From contig OY776510.1 of assembly GCA_963675665.1 (NCBI GenBank), forward strand, positions 1,632,001 to 1,696,000: a stretch of DNA of 64,000 nt. Direction: 5' to 3'. Below the pieces are notes generated by a model. It was not told the origin of the DNA, did no database searches, and worked only from the letters and a program-made list of their open reading frames with translations. Made by a program: the position numbers and the translations under genes. The DNA is from Spirochaetia bacterium. Its GTDB lineage: Bacteria; Spirochaetota; Spirochaetia; UBA9216. Positions 36,164 through 46,651 of this stretch are shown here, piece after piece; the first letter of the stretch is position 1; every line of letters begins with the position of its first letter.

Positions 36164-37645
36164 ATGACGGAAAACACAGAAAAAAGAAATAAAGAAAACG
36201 AATCAAGCATGAAAATCGGCAAAACCGCATTTCTCGGAGCAGCGGGAATTATCCTGGTCCTTATGGTTGTTTCGGGAGTTCTTACAATGGTTCTTCCGTC
36301 AGGGCAGTATGAACGGGTTGAAAAAGACGGCAGGACAATGATTGTTGCCGAATCGTTTCAGGAAGTTCCAAAGCCTGATTATCCGATCTGGCGCTGGTTT
36401 ACAGCCCCTGTAGAAGTACTCGGCGCACCCGGAAATATTGCCGTTATTACAATAATCCTGTTTATTGTTTTCGTCAGCGGCTCAATAGCCATTCTGGAAG
36501 GCGCCGGGGTTATGAAGGACCTGGTTTCCCGTCTTGTGACGCATTTCAGGCAACGGAAGTACCTGCTGATGGCGATCATGATCTTTTTGTTTATGTTTCT
36601 TTCATCCTTTCTCGGAATATACGAAGGGCTTGTGCCTATGATAATCTTTATTGTACCACTGGCCTATTCACTAGGGTGGGATTCCCTTACAGGACTCGGC
36701 ATAAGCCTTCTGCCTCTTGCCTTCGGGTTTGCTGCGGCTGTTACCAATCCGTTTACTGTTGCTGTGGCCCAGGGCATAGCCGAGCTTCCTCTTTTTTCAG
36801 GTTCCTGGCTCAGGATAATCTTCTTTTTGGTTGTATATATTATTCTCTATTTTTTTGTGTCCCGGTACGCAAGAAAGGTTGATTCGAAGCCGGAAGTATC
36901 ACTTGTCTATAAAGAGGATCTTGAAATCAGGGCGCTGCATAATATGAATGAATCGGCGGAGTCTTTTGAAGCTGCTCATCCGGGAATGAAAAAAGCGTTG
37001 ATCTGGTTCGGCGTCTGTATGGGAACAGCAATAACGTTTGTGATACTGACTTCTGTTATACCTGCTATCAGCGATCTTTCTTTTCCTTTAATGGGGTTGA
37101 TGTTTCTTGTAGGAGGAATAGGCGCCGGAATATTTGCCGGGATAAGCGGCCGCCGGATTGTAAAATCGTTTATAAACGGTATGATAGGCATGATTCCGGG
37201 GATTGTTCTTATCCTGATGGCGTACAGCGTAAAACACATAATTGACAGGGGAATGATTACGGACACTATTCTGAACGCCGCCGCAGGCTGGATAGAAAGC
37301 GCCCCCCGGATGGGAGCGGCTTTCCTCATTTATCTGATTACCCTTATTATGAACTTTTTTATCGGATCGGCATCGGCAAAGGCCTTTCTGATGATGCCCA
37401 TCCTTACTCCGCTTTCTGATCTGGTCGGGATAACACGTCAGACTGCGGTTCTCGCATTCGATTTCGGCGACGGGTTCAGCAATATGCTGTTTCCGTCCAA
37501 TGCATTGCTTCTTATAGCTCTCGGGTTTACAGTTGTCAGTTACCCGCGGTGGTTCAGGTGGACCTTCCCTCTGCAGTTGGTCATGCTCGGAATTACATCC
37601 GTTTTCCTTGTTTTTGCAGTTCTTATCGGCTTTGGTCCGTTCTGA
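36164..37645 (+). CDS. YfcC-family (C4-dicarboxylate anaerobic carrier-like) transporter
   Basis: NPFTVAVAQGIAELP.FSG and AFDFGDGFSN motifs. Confidence 0.8.
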   Translation: MTENTEKRNKENESSMKIGKTAFLGAAGIILVLMVVSGVLTMVLPSGQYERVEKDGRTMIVAESFQEVPKPDYPIWRWFTAPVEVLGAPGNIAVITIILFIVFVSGSIAILEGAGVMKDLVSRLVTHFRQRKYLLMAIMIFLFMFLSSFLGIYEGLVPMIIFIVPLAYSLGWDSLTGLGISLLPLAFGFAAAVTNPFTVAVAQGIAELPLFSGSWLRIIFFLVVYIILYFFVSRYARKVDSKPEVSLVYKEDLEIRALHNMNESAESFEAAHPGMKKALIWFGVCMGTAITFVILTSVIPAISDLSFPLMGLMFLVGGIGAGIFAGISGRRIVKSFINGMIGMIPGIVLILMAYSVKHIIDRGMITDTILNAAAGWIESAPRMGAAFLIYLITLIMNFFIGSASAKAFLMMPILTPLSDLVGITRQTAVLAFDFGDGFSNMLFPSNALLLIALGFTVVSYPRWFRWTFPLQLVMLGITSVFLVFAVLIGFGPF

Positions 37646-37657
37646 CGACGGGCGGTT

Positions 37658-37999
37658 TTATATTGCCGTACCGCCGCTTTCGCCGGTCCTGATACGATAG
37701 CACCGCTCAAGATTGGTAACAAAGATTTTACCGTCCCCGAGTTCACCGCCGTTATGTCTTGCTGAACTGATAATTGCCTGAATTGCCTGTTCAACAAATT
37801 CCTCGTTGCAGGCAATTTTTATTTCAATCTTCGGGATCAGGTTCGGAACAATTTTTCGCCCCCTGTATATATCGATATCTTCCTGTTTGCCGTGACCTGT
37901 AACCCTACTTACTGTTATTCTTTCTATTTCCGCCTCAATAAGGGCTTCCCGAACTTCATCAAGCTTGTCCGGCTGAATTATCGCAGTAATCAGTTTCAT
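37658..37999 (-). CDS. glnK: P-II nitrogen regulatory protein
   Basis: MKLITAII, YRG, GDGKIFV and IRTGESG motifs; downstream of amtB. Confidence 0.9.
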   Translation of the reverse strand: MKLITAIIQPDKLDEVREALIEAEIERITVSRVTGHGKQEDIDIYRGRKIVPNLIPKIEIKIACNEEFVEQAIQAIISSARHNGGELGDGKIFVTNLERCYRIRTGESGGTAI

Positions 38000-38016
38000 T
38001 AATTCCCCCCTTGTCC

Positions 38017-39234
38017 TTAATCCAGGTTTACAAAGCCGTAACCGTGTTCTCCGTGCTGGGCATGGTCCATGCCTGCCTTTTCAGCTGCAGGTGATAATCT
38101 GAATCCGCAAATTTTATTTATAACAAAAATAATTAAAAGTGTTACTGCAGCTGAATAAAGGATGGCTATGCCGACGCCTTCAATCTGGTACTGCAGCTGT
38201 TTCAGAAACCCCACTTCTGTAGCATCGGGTTTCATTACGAATGTCAGACCTATAGCGCCGAAAATGCCGGCTACACCGTGAATGCCGAAAACGTCCAGTG
38301 AATCATCATAACCCAGTTTTTCTTTCATTTTAAGAGCAAAATAACATATCACTGATGCACCGGCCCCGAGTACCATTGCGCCCCAGGGAGCAACAGAGCC
38401 GGCCGCCGGAGTTATTGCGACAAGACCGGCAAGTATGCCTGAGACTATTCCAAGGCTGGATATTTTATTGTTGTCTATGGCTTCGATTATCATCCAGGAA
38501 AGGGCCCCCGTAGCTGCAGCAATCTGGGTTACTGCAAGGGCTTGTCCGGTACAGGCGTCGCTGGAGAGGCTTGAGCCGGCATTGAACCCGAACCAGCCTA
38601 CCCAGAGAAGGCCTGCGCCGACTATAGTAAAAACAAGGTTGTTCGGCCTCATCGAGTTTCTGGGATATCCGATTCTGTTACCAAGAAAAAGCGCGGCTAC
38701 AAGACCTGCAATACCGGCGGAAATATGAATTACGGTACCGCCTGCGAAATCAATGGCTTCCCCTGTAAGAAAGCCTCCGCCCCATATCCAGTGAGCAAGC
38801 GGAAAGTATACCAGAAGCGTCCACGCTGCAATAAACAGAAGGTAGCTTTTGAATTTAACCCTTTCGGCAAAGGCCCCGGAAATTAGCGCCGGCGTTATTA
38901 TCGCAAATTTGCCCTGAAACATTACAAATACAATTTCGGGAATGCATTTGTTGTCGCCGATACTGAGCATTCCGTCAAAAGGCGCGTTGAGAAAAAGGAA
39001 TGAACTGTCCCAGCCGATAATTCCTGCACGGCTTGTTCCGAATGCCATTGCATATCCGATCACCGCCCATAATACGCCGATTACGGCCATTGCCGAGAAG
39101 CTGTGCATCATAGTGCCCAACACGTTTTTGGTTCTCACAAGGCCACCGTAAAACATGGCAAGCCCGGGCGTCATCAGCAGCACCAGCGCTGTGGACGTGA
39201 GCATCCACGCTGTTGTACCTGTGTCGATTGTCAT
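38017..39234 (-). CDS. amtB: Ammonium transporter
   Basis: MTPGLAMFYGG, DFAGGTVIH, WVGWFGFNAGS and DDSLDVFGIH (both pore histidines present). Confidence 0.95.
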   Translation of the reverse strand: MTIDTGTTAWMLTSTALVLLMTPGLAMFYGGLVRTKNVLGTMMHSFSAMAVIGVLWAVIGYAMAFGTSRAGIIGWDSSFLFLNAPFDGMLSIGDNKCIPEIVFVMFQGKFAIITPALISGAFAERVKFKSYLLFIAAWTLLVYFPLAHWIWGGGFLTGEAIDFAGGTVIHISAGIAGLVAALFLGNRIGYPRNSMRPNNLVFTIVGAGLLWVGWFGFNAGSSLSSDACTGQALAVTQIAAATGALSWMIIEAIDNNKISSLGIVSGILAGLVAITPAAGSVAPWGAMVLGAGASVICYFALKMKEKLGYDDSLDVFGIHGVAGIFGAIGLTFVMKPDATEVGFLKQLQYQIEGVGIAILYSAAVTLLIIFVINKICGFRLSPAAEKAGMDHAQHGEHGYGFVNLD

Positions 39235-39295
39235 TAATTTCTTTCTCCCCTGAATTTTGTATAGATGTCTTACATAAATGTCTAAAGTATTTTTA

Positions 39296-39311
39296 AGCAG
39301 GATGTGTGCCA
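39296..39311 (-). promoter_or_regulatory. Sigma54 (-24/-12) promoter of amtB-glnK
   Basis: Minus strand reads TGGCAC-ACATC-CTGCT, about 60 bp upstream of the amtB start. Confidence 0.7.
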
Positions 39312-39543
39312 GTACTTTTTTATGAAAGTTTGTTCAGAGGCTGTAATGTTGGATAAACGCAATAAATGTAATAATATATGAGATTTAGATTAATTCTGAT
39401 ATCAATTAATGAATAAAAGAGTAAATTCATGTTTTTTTTCGGGCAACACAGGATGTCGGGAAATTTATTCAGGAATTAATATTCAATACATAAATGTAAG
39501 AAATTTAAAAAATACTTACATTTATGTAGGATGGTTACAGGAA

Positions 39544-39825
39544 CTATGCGGGCTCGTGAAAGGATACCTCTTTATCTTCAAGAATGTCATCAAGTTTGGG
39601 CCCGGCTTCAATATAGTGTGTTGCAGCCTGATGCAATTTCACAGCATCCGCATCTTTCCATTTCTCTACAAAATGGAAGATATTACTGTTTTCACGATCC
39701 CTGTAAAGAATGTATTCAATACATCCGTCTTCGGCATTGCTTCCTGCAATGAGGGGTTTTGTTACCTCAAGCAGCTCTTTTTCTTTTCCCGGTTTTACAA
39801 CCAGCTTTGCAATAATTAAAATCAT
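39544..39825 (-). CDS. ABM-domain protein (putative quinol monooxygenase)
   Basis: VKPG, EDGCIEY, FVEKW and H...HY pattern; ATG at 39825 after GGAGA. Confidence 0.8.
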   Translation of the reverse strand: MILIIAKLVVKPGKEKELLEVTKPLIAGSNAEDGCIEYILYRDRENSNIFHFVEKWKDADAVKLHQAATHYIEAGPKLDDILEDKEVSFHEPA

Positions 39826-39931
39826 CAGTATCTCCAAGTAATAATATTAAAATGATTCTACCTGAAAACCTGATTTTAGTGAACGGCCGGCTGCAATACA
39901 ACCGACCGTATTTATTTGTTTATTGATTATT

Positions 39932-40726
39932 TTATAGTGAATAGTCAGGATCCGCTATCGGGGCCATTTCCCGGTTATACTTCAGAATCTTGTCATAGTA
40001 AGAATCTTCAATATATTCCGGTTCGTAAGTAACCCCGTATCGTTCAAGCTGGGCTGTAAAAGAACGCATATGATTTCTTGAACCTTTCATCAGGTTTTGA
40101 TAAAGAATTTTAACTTCTTCATTGGCAGCTTCACTTACCAGTTTCTGAAGATCTGCTATATCAAGATCTTCTATGATAGCGCCGACTGTAAGAGCGTCTT
40201 CAAGTGATTTTGCTCCCTGTGCAGTCAGGTTATCATAATAATTCTGCAGATCTCCGTTGCTGAAAGAACCGGCTGTATCGGTTTCAACCGGGGCCTTGAC
40301 ATCATATGCATCAAGCAGAAGTTTTACTGCGTCTATATGCTGTTGTTCACTTTCAGAAATGTTTTTAAAGACCGGTATGTTCCATTCAGTATATAAGTAC
40401 ATATAAACATCACGCGCAAGTTTTTCTTCTTCAACCATCAGAAGCAATCCTTCTTTCTCGGAGGAAGAGAGAACTCCTGAGCCTGGTTCAACATTGTATA
40501 CTGCTGCAAGTTCACCGATAAAATCTTCACGGTAGGTATTGCCTGAGTTGTTCCGGCCCTGTCCACCTCCGTAGCCACCACCATTGCCCTGCCCTGCGCC
40601 GCTTCCGTCTCGCAGTCCCTGGCCCTGACCTTGTCCGTATGTTCCGCTGGCTTCCTGTGAACCGTTTGCTGATAGAGTTGCAGCAACTACAACCAGAATT
40701 ATTAAAGCAATAATTATTTTCTTCAT
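39932..40726 (-). CDS. Exported DUF2202 ferritin-like protein
   Basis: Signal peptide, Gly/Gln-rich linker, EEEKLARDVY, SEQQH, IEDLDI and GSRNH motifs. Confidence 0.8.
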   Translation of the reverse strand: MKKIIIALIILVVVAATLSANGSQEASGTYGQGQGQGLRDGSGAGQGNGGGYGGGQGRNNSGNTYREDFIGELAAVYNVEPGSGVLSSSEKEGLLLMVEEEKLARDVYMYLYTEWNIPVFKNISESEQQHIDAVKLLLDAYDVKAPVETDTAGSFSNGDLQNYYDNLTAQGAKSLEDALTVGAIIEDLDIADLQKLVSEAANEEVKILYQNLMKGSRNHMRSFTAQLERYGVTYEPEYIEDSYYDKILKYNREMAPIADPDYSL

Positions 40727-40769
40727 ATTTTGCCTCCTGAAATCTTATGAACTAAATGTAGAATGCTAT

Positions 40770-40909
40770 TGTGAAGTTTCTGTGAAGCTGTTTTGAAGAG
40801 ATGGAAAAGATGAAAAAAAGATTTTTATTGGTTTTCCTTCCATGATAAGCTCTCTTCATTAAGAAATATAACCGGGTGTTCTTCACGTAATCTTCACAAT
40901 AAACCCACA
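40770..40909. promoter_or_regulatory. Two oppositely oriented sets of 11-bp-period TGTGAAG direct repeats (OmpR-type binding sites)
   Basis: tgtgaag at 40770 and 40781 (tttgaag at 40792); cttcacg/cttcaca at 40881 and 40892; one set in front of each divergent gene. Confidence 0.6.
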
Positions 40910-40984
40910 ATTATTTTGCATTACAGTGAAAGATTATATACAATGGAGTTATAGCTCAAAAACAGAATACGGAGGCTGGCCGGC

Positions 40985-42535
40985 ATGAAAAAGAAAACCG
41001 CAGGCAGAATAAGAATTATAGTACAGGTGTTCTTCCTTGTATTAATAGCTTTGATTGCATTTAATCATACTCTTGAAGAGTCGGGACGTGCATTGCCTGT
41101 AATAGGAAGCGCATCGCTTCATGCTGTTTGTCCTTTCGGAGGAGTTGTATCAATATATCAATATGCAACCGGCGGGACTTTCGTCAAGAAAACCCATGAA
41201 TCATCATTTATATTAATGATAATTGTTGCTGTTCTGGCAGTTGCTTTCGGCCCGGTCTTCTGCGGATGGATTTGTCCGATGGGTACAGTACAGGAGTTTT
41301 TCGGGAAGATAGGACGTAAAATCTTCGGAAAGAAGTATAACCGGTTTATCCCTGCCGGATTCGACAAGTGGCTTCGGTATTTGCGTTATATTGTACTTGC
41401 GTGGGTAATTTATATGACCGCAATTACCGGAAAGATTATATTTGCCGATTATGATCCGTATTATGCATTATTTAATTTCTGGACAGGAGAAATTGCAGTT
41501 TCAGGTTTTATTATTCTTGGATTAACGCTTCTGCTCTCAATTTTTATCGAACGTCCGTTTTGTAAATATGCCTGTCCGTACGGTGCAGTTCTGGGTATTT
41601 CAAACCTGTTCAGGATTTTTTCAATCAAACGGACGGCTGAAACCTGCATAAACTGCGGCGCCTGCGATAAGGCCTGCCCGATGAATATCGATGTGTCAAC
41701 ATCCGGAGTAGTTCGTAACCACCAGTGTATCAGCTGTATGAAGTGCACCGGCGAACAAGCCTGTCCGGTGGCTGATACTGTTGATATGCGGACCGGAAAG
41801 ACCCCCGGGAAAGCCAAACTTCGGACCAGGCTTCTTGCCCCGATTGTTCTTGTCGTTTTTTTTGCGGGGATTGGTCTTTCCATGGCATTTAATTTATGGA
41901 TTACAGAATCAACCAAAGTCCCTGCCGCATATACGGAGGGAGAGTTTGAAGGCCAGTATAATCCGGCCGATATCCGTGGTTCATATTCTCTAAGCGATAT
42001 AGAAGAAGCCTTCGGCATAGACGTTGATACACTGGCAACAGCTTTCGGGATAACAGATCCTGATCCGGACGGGTTTCAGATAAAACAATTTGAAGAAATA
42101 TATCTTCCTCTTGAGGATGGTTCTGAAGTGGGTACGGATTCGATGAGACTTTTTGTTTCGCGATATATCGGCCTGCCATATACCCCTGAAGATACAACCC
42201 GTCTTCCGTCTTCCGCGATCAATCTTTTAAAGGAAAAACTTGCACCGGCAGATATCGAAGCTTTGCAGGCTGTTTCAATAAAGTTAAGCGATATCAAAGC
42301 TGAAGATTCTGAAGTTGCGGAAGAGCATGATGTAGTTATTGGGGAGATAAAGGGCGGTACAACCTTTAACGACCTTCTTGAGTGGGGGTTAACAAAGGAA
42401 GAGATAGAAGCAGTTCTGGGAGTGGAAATGGGAGCAAGCGGAACAGCTGTACGCGATTTTCTTATGGAAAAGGGACTTGAATTTTCCGAGTATAAAACGG
42501 AGCTCCAGGGCCTTATCGATAATAAAAATCAGTAA
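40985..42535 (+). CDS. Membrane 4Fe-4S binding protein (NapH/MauN/YccM-like) with an acidic C-terminal domain
   Basis: FCGWICPMG, FCKYACPYG, CINCGACDKACP and CISCMKC motifs. Confidence 0.8.
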   Translation: MKKKTAGRIRIIVQVFFLVLIALIAFNHTLEESGRALPVIGSASLHAVCPFGGVVSIYQYATGGTFVKKTHESSFILMIIVAVLAVAFGPVFCGWICPMGTVQEFFGKIGRKIFGKKYNRFIPAGFDKWLRYLRYIVLAWVIYMTAITGKIIFADYDPYYALFNFWTGEIAVSGFIILGLTLLLSIFIERPFCKYACPYGAVLGISNLFRIFSIKRTAETCINCGACDKACPMNIDVSTSGVVRNHQCISCMKCTGEQACPVADTVDMRTGKTPGKAKLRTRLLAPIVLVVFFAGIGLSMAFNLWITESTKVPAAYTEGEFEGQYNPADIRGSYSLSDIEEAFGIDVDTLATAFGITDPDPDGFQIKQFEEIYLPLEDGSEVGTDSMRLFVSRYIGLPYTPEDTTRLPSSAINLLKEKLAPADIEALQAVSIKLSDIKAEDSEVAEEHDVVIGEIKGGTTFNDLLEWGLTKEEIEAVLGVEMGASGTAVRDFLMEKGLEFSEYKTELQGLIDNKNQ

Positions 42536-42546
42536 CGGATAGGCCT

Positions 42547-43248
42547 GTGAAGATTTTTATAATAGAAGACAATGAAAATGTTCGCGAGGCTGCCGCGGGA
42601 TATCTAAAGCTTGAAGGTTTTGAGGTAAACGAGTTCGGCGAGCTGAAGCCTGCAAGAAAATTGCTTGAAAATGCCGCCGATCCCGAATTACCGAATCTTA
42701 TCCTTCTTGATGTGATGCTGCCGGACGGAGACGGTTTTCTATTTGCAAAGCAGATTAAGGAAAAGTTTGATATTCCAATTATTTTCCTGACGGCGCGTGA
42801 TCAGGAATCGGATCGAATTACCGGGCTTGAACTTGGAGCAGACGACTATATCGTTAAACCTTTTTCAACTCGTGAGCTTGTTCTCAGGGTAAAAGCTGTA
42901 CTCAAACGGAGCAGTCGGGAAACGGAATCTTCGGCTGATGAGGAACTTGCATACCGGATAGAAGATGATGAACTGAAGATCTCCGAACTGCACCACAGGG
43001 CGCTCTATAATGGAAAACCTGTTCAGTTGACGCCTGCTGAATGGAATATCGTTGTTTTTCTGGCCGAAAAATCTCCTCAGGTTTTCAATCGTCTGCAGAT
43101 TCTTGAGTACTGTCTTGATTCAATTGCTGAAGGTTCCGAGCGTACTGTCGATACGCATATAAAAAATATCAGACACAAGTTCGGCGGAAACGAATGGATA
43201 GAAACAGTCCGGGGGTTCGGATACCGTTTTAACGGCGTGAAAATATGA
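42547..43248 (+). CDS. OmpR-family response regulator
   Basis: IIED, LLDVMLP, GADDYIVKPF and RTVDTHI motifs. Confidence 0.9.
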   Translation: MKIFIIEDNENVREAAAGYLKLEGFEVNEFGELKPARKLLENAADPELPNLILLDVMLPDGDGFLFAKQIKEKFDIPIIFLTARDQESDRITGLELGADDYIVKPFSTRELVLRVKAVLKRSSRETESSADEELAYRIEDDELKISELHHRALYNGKPVQLTPAEWNIVVFLAEKSPQVFNRLQILEYCLDSIAEGSERTVDTHIKNIRHKFGGNEWIETVRGFGYRFNGVKI

Positions 43249-44528
43249 CAAAACTGTTTTCATGGCTTTTAAAAAGGTTCATCACCGCATTTGCCGTGCT
43301 TGTTATTGTGCAGCTTTTTACATATATCCTGGGCCTTAGCCTGATCCTCTCCGGGTATGAGGAAAACCGATTCAGGCAGTATGAAGAAATTGCGATTGAG
43401 ATTCTGAATAATCCTCAGAATGCACAGAATATTGTCCTGCCGGGCGCAAACCCCTTTTTTGTATTTTCTGATGAAAAAGAACTGGTTTTCAGCAACAAGG
43501 GAAAAGGGCGCTCGCTTTCGGTTGAAGACATTAATCCCGTATATTCCGGCGATAAACTGCTTGGATATTTTCACGCCGGCGAACTGGGTTTTGCCGACAA
43601 CCAGGCAAATCGTGTTTTTTTGATATCGGTTATTGTACTGAGCGGAATATCAGTAGTTTTATCTGTTTTAATCGGTTTTTTTGCTGCCTGGTTAAGTTCC
43701 GGCAGGATTGCTGAACCGGTAGGAATATTGAGGCGTGATATTCATGATATCCGCAGACTGAAAAGAATCCCCGGCAGGAATTTTGAAATAACCGAGCTTA
43801 CTGATATTTCTTCCGAGGTGTCGGAAGTCAGTATCCGCCTCAGTAGCCAGGAAGAATATAAGCGCCAATGGCTCAGGGACTTGTCACATGATCTGCGAAC
43901 GCCTCTTTCAGGATTGAAGTCTCAGCTTGAAGCAATGGCCGACGGGGTGCTTGAGCCTTCACCTGAGCGTTTCAGAAGGCATCTCCTTGAGATTGACCGG
44001 CTTGAGAACCTTGCAGCTTCGATAGGGGAACTTACTGCAATTGAAATGCGTGATAATCCTGAAAGAACGGAGATTAATACCGAACGCTTTATTGAGATGC
44101 TTGTTTCGCCTTTTGAAATTGAAATTCAGCGAAAATCGATACTGCTTGAATCCCTCATTGAAAAAAAAACATTTTCAGGTGATGAACAGCTTCTGCTGCG
44201 GGGTCTGGGCAATATCATTTCAAATGCCGTCAAGTATATTGAAGACGGCAGCCATATATGGATTAGAGTTTCGGAAACATCAGATAATGAAAAGAGTATG
44301 ACGCTGATAGAGATTGCAAACGACGGACCCGGTATCCCTCCCGAACAAAGAGAACTGATTTTTACCAGATTGTACCGCGGAGAATCAGGACGTTCAACAC
44401 CCGGAAGCGGGTTGGGGCTTTCAATTACCAGGGAGATCGTTAATCTCCATGGCGGGGAGATACGTGTAGAGCCTTTGACGCCCGACGGCTCCGATACCAG
44501 GGGCGTCAGATTTGCAGTTAAGATATAG
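43245..44528 (+). CDS. Membrane sensor histidine kinase
   Basis: SHDLRTPL H-box, NAVKY, DGPGI and GSGLGL. Confidence 0.9.
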   Translation: MTKLFSWLLKRFITAFAVLVIVQLFTYILGLSLILSGYEENRFRQYEEIAIEILNNPQNAQNIVLPGANPFFVFSDEKELVFSNKGKGRSLSVEDINPVYSGDKLLGYFHAGELGFADNQANRVFLISVIVLSGISVVLSVLIGFFAAWLSSGRIAEPVGILRRDIHDIRRLKRIPGRNFEITELTDISSEVSEVSIRLSSQEEYKRQWLRDLSHDLRTPLSGLKSQLEAMADGVLEPSPERFRRHLLEIDRLENLAASIGELTAIEMRDNPERTEINTERFIEMLVSPFEIEIQRKSILLESLIEKKTFSGDEQLLLRGLGNIISNAVKYIEDGSHIWIRVSETSDNEKSMTLIEIANDGPGIPPEQRELIFTRLYRGESGRSTPGSGLGLSITREIVNLHGGEIRVEPLTPDGSDTRGVRFAVKI

Positions 44529-44624
44529 GTTTCCGGAACAGCCAGGCTTTTCGAAAAAAAACCTTGCATTTTTAACTCCGGATGATAATAATTAAGAACA
44601 AGGCCCTTATCAAAGAGGAAAAAT

Positions 44625-46562
44625 ATGAAAATAAGATCGAAATTCACAATAATGGTTGCAATACCGATAATTTCAACCCTTGCAGTATTTTCAGTCGGAA
44701 TATTTAATTTTCTCAGCATTCGGAATTCAGTAGGCGCGATTGTTGTTCTTGATAATGATCGTGTCCAGATAAGCGAGGCGGACAGAGATGCTCATCAGGC
44801 TCTGATTGCTGAATTGAGTATTGTTGACAGCGCCAATTTATCCGAAGCGGAGTTATACAGGGATACTTTTCAGGAGAATGTCGGGCAGACCTGGGACAGA
44901 ATAACTGCCGGTGAAGAACGGTTTTCATCCGATATGCTGGAGTCGTTAAATAAATTCAGGGAGGACTATACCGAGTGGGAAAAATTTTCCAATGAAATTA
45001 TTCAACGTGAACTTAAGGTTGTAGAGGGGAACCGCATCAAGAACGAAGCAAAACTGGCTGCTATTGCCGCTTTTAATAATGCCAGAGTTATTATCGATCA
45101 AATCGGCGAATTAATAGATACAGAATTAAAACGTGATTTATCTATTTCCCGCAGACTCAATCTTGAGAACGCTCTTTCGCTTGTGCTTAACGGCGACAGG
45201 GATTTTTACCAGGCATATACGGCAACTCTGCTTGTCGAAAGTGTGTCCAATCGTGAAGGGTATGAGCAGCAGAAAGCGGATTATTATGAAAACCTGGAGC
45301 AGACAATAGACCGGGTCTCTGAAGCAGCAGCGCTTTTCGGGGCCGGGGCAGCCTCACTGTCGGAAGATTTTAACTCGGAAATTGCTGAATGGAAAAAGAA
45401 TTCGGATGAGGTTATCCTGCTTGAGGGAAAATATTTTGATGATAATGAATACATAAAAGCACAAACTTCCAGGATCCTGTCTATTTTTGAAACAATGCGT
45501 GAGAGCATAAATAAAATTGGCGAGCTTGGACAGGTTGAAATTGACAGGATAGTCAACAAGATGTTTTCCGATATAAGATCTTCAATACTGCTTTATATCC
45601 TGATTCTTGCGGCAGCGGTTATTATTTCAATTCTTATTGTAATAGTGGTTGCCGTCGGAATAAGCCGGAGTATCGTAAAAGGCCTGACACTTTCAAAAGA
45701 ACTTGCCGACGGAAATCTTACGACCTTCCGGATGGTCCAAAATCTATCCAGGGATGAGATTGGAGAGCTTGTTGTTTCTCAGACAGAAATGGCCGAAAGA
45801 ATCAGCAATGTTGTTTTAAATATTTCAAATGCGGCAGAGAACCTTACCGCGGGCAGCCGGCAGATAAGCGAGAGTTCTGAAACAGTATCCCAGGGGGCTA
45901 CTGAACAGGCGGCCGGCACGGAAGAAGTCTCTTCTTCACTTGAAGATATGGTATTAAACATTCAGAACACCGCTGATAATGCGGCAACAGCTGATGCTCT
46001 TTCTAGAAAAGTTGTTGATAGTGCAATTACAAGTAAAGAAGCCGTGGACAAAACTGTTGAGATTATGAACCAGATTGCTGAAAAAACTATTTTAATAGAT
46101 AATATTGCAAAGCAAACCAATCTTCTGGCTCTTAACGCCGCCATTGAAGCTGCGCGCGCCGGCGAATCCGGCAAGGGGTTTGCTGTTGTTGCAAGTGAGG
46201 TCAGAAAGCTCGCCGAGAACAGCGGTCTGGCTGCAGGAGAAATCAGCGGACTGTCATCGGAGTCAGTTGCAATTTCGTCTCAGGCCGGAACCAATCTCGA
46301 AGCCCTGGTTCCGGAAATACGCAAAACAGCCGATTTAATACAGGAAATCAGCTCGTCAATATCCGAGATGAGGACCGGAACGGATCAGATTTCCGGAAGC
46401 GTTAAAGAGCTGGATAATGTTGTTCAGGCAAATGCGGCATCATCGGAAGAACTTGCTTCAACAGCTGAGGAACTCAGTAGCCAGGCTGAAGGACTGATGC
46501 AGCAGATAAAGTATTTTCAATTGGAAGAAAAACAAACTCTGTTATTGGATGACACTCTATAA
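44625..46562 (+). CDS. Methyl-accepting chemotaxis protein
   Basis: Two TM helices, HAMP (DEIG) and [18 protein letters not shown] signalling hairpin. Confidence 0.95.
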   Translation: MKIRSKFTIMVAIPIISTLAVFSVGIFNFLSIRNSVGAIVVLDNDRVQISEADRDAHQALIAELSIVDSANLSEAELYRDTFQENVGQTWDRITAGEERFSSDMLESLNKFREDYTEWEKFSNEIIQRELKVVEGNRIKNEAKLAAIAAFNNARVIIDQIGELIDTELKRDLSISRRLNLENALSLVLNGDRDFYQAYTATLLVESVSNREGYEQQKADYYENLEQTIDRVSEAAALFGAGAASLSEDFNSEIAEWKKNSDEVILLEGKYFDDNEYIKAQTSRILSIFETMRESINKIGELGQVEIDRIVNKMFSDIRSSILLYILILAAAVIISILIVIVVAVGISRSIVKGLTLSKELADGNLTTFRMVQNLSRDEIGELVVSQTEMAERISNVVLNISNAAENLTAGSRQISESSETVSQGATEQAAGTEEVSSSLEDMVLNIQNTADNAATADALSRKVVDSAITSKEAVDKTVEIMNQIAEKTILIDNIAKQTNLLALNAAIEAARAGESGKGFAVVASEVRKLAENSGLAAGEISGLSSESVAISSQAGTNLEALVPEIRKTADLIQEISSSISEMRTGTDQISGSVKELDNVVQANAASSEELASTAEELSSQAEGLMQQIKYFQLEEKQTLLLDDTL

Positions 46563-46593
46563 CAGCCCGGGTTGTCGGTCTGGATTATACTAT

Positions 46594-46620
46594 AAAAAAG
46601 GGACTCCCGAAAGGAGCCCC
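46594..46620 (-). terminator. Rho-independent terminator of the ABC operon
   Basis: Minus strand ggggctcc-tttcg-ggagtccc-tttttt, lying between convergent genes. Confidence 0.7.
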
Positions 46621-46651
46621 TCAAAAAGATTCAACTGTATATGAATCTTAA

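Noticed and set aside
39409-39819. 136-aa + strand ORF
   Set aside because: Antisense to the ABM gene and extends into AT-rich promoter DNA; no recognisable motifs.
40945-40980. tRNA-like start GGAGTTATAGCTCA
   Set aside because: No T-loop (GTTC) or acceptor stem follows; the sequence runs into the RBS of the next gene.
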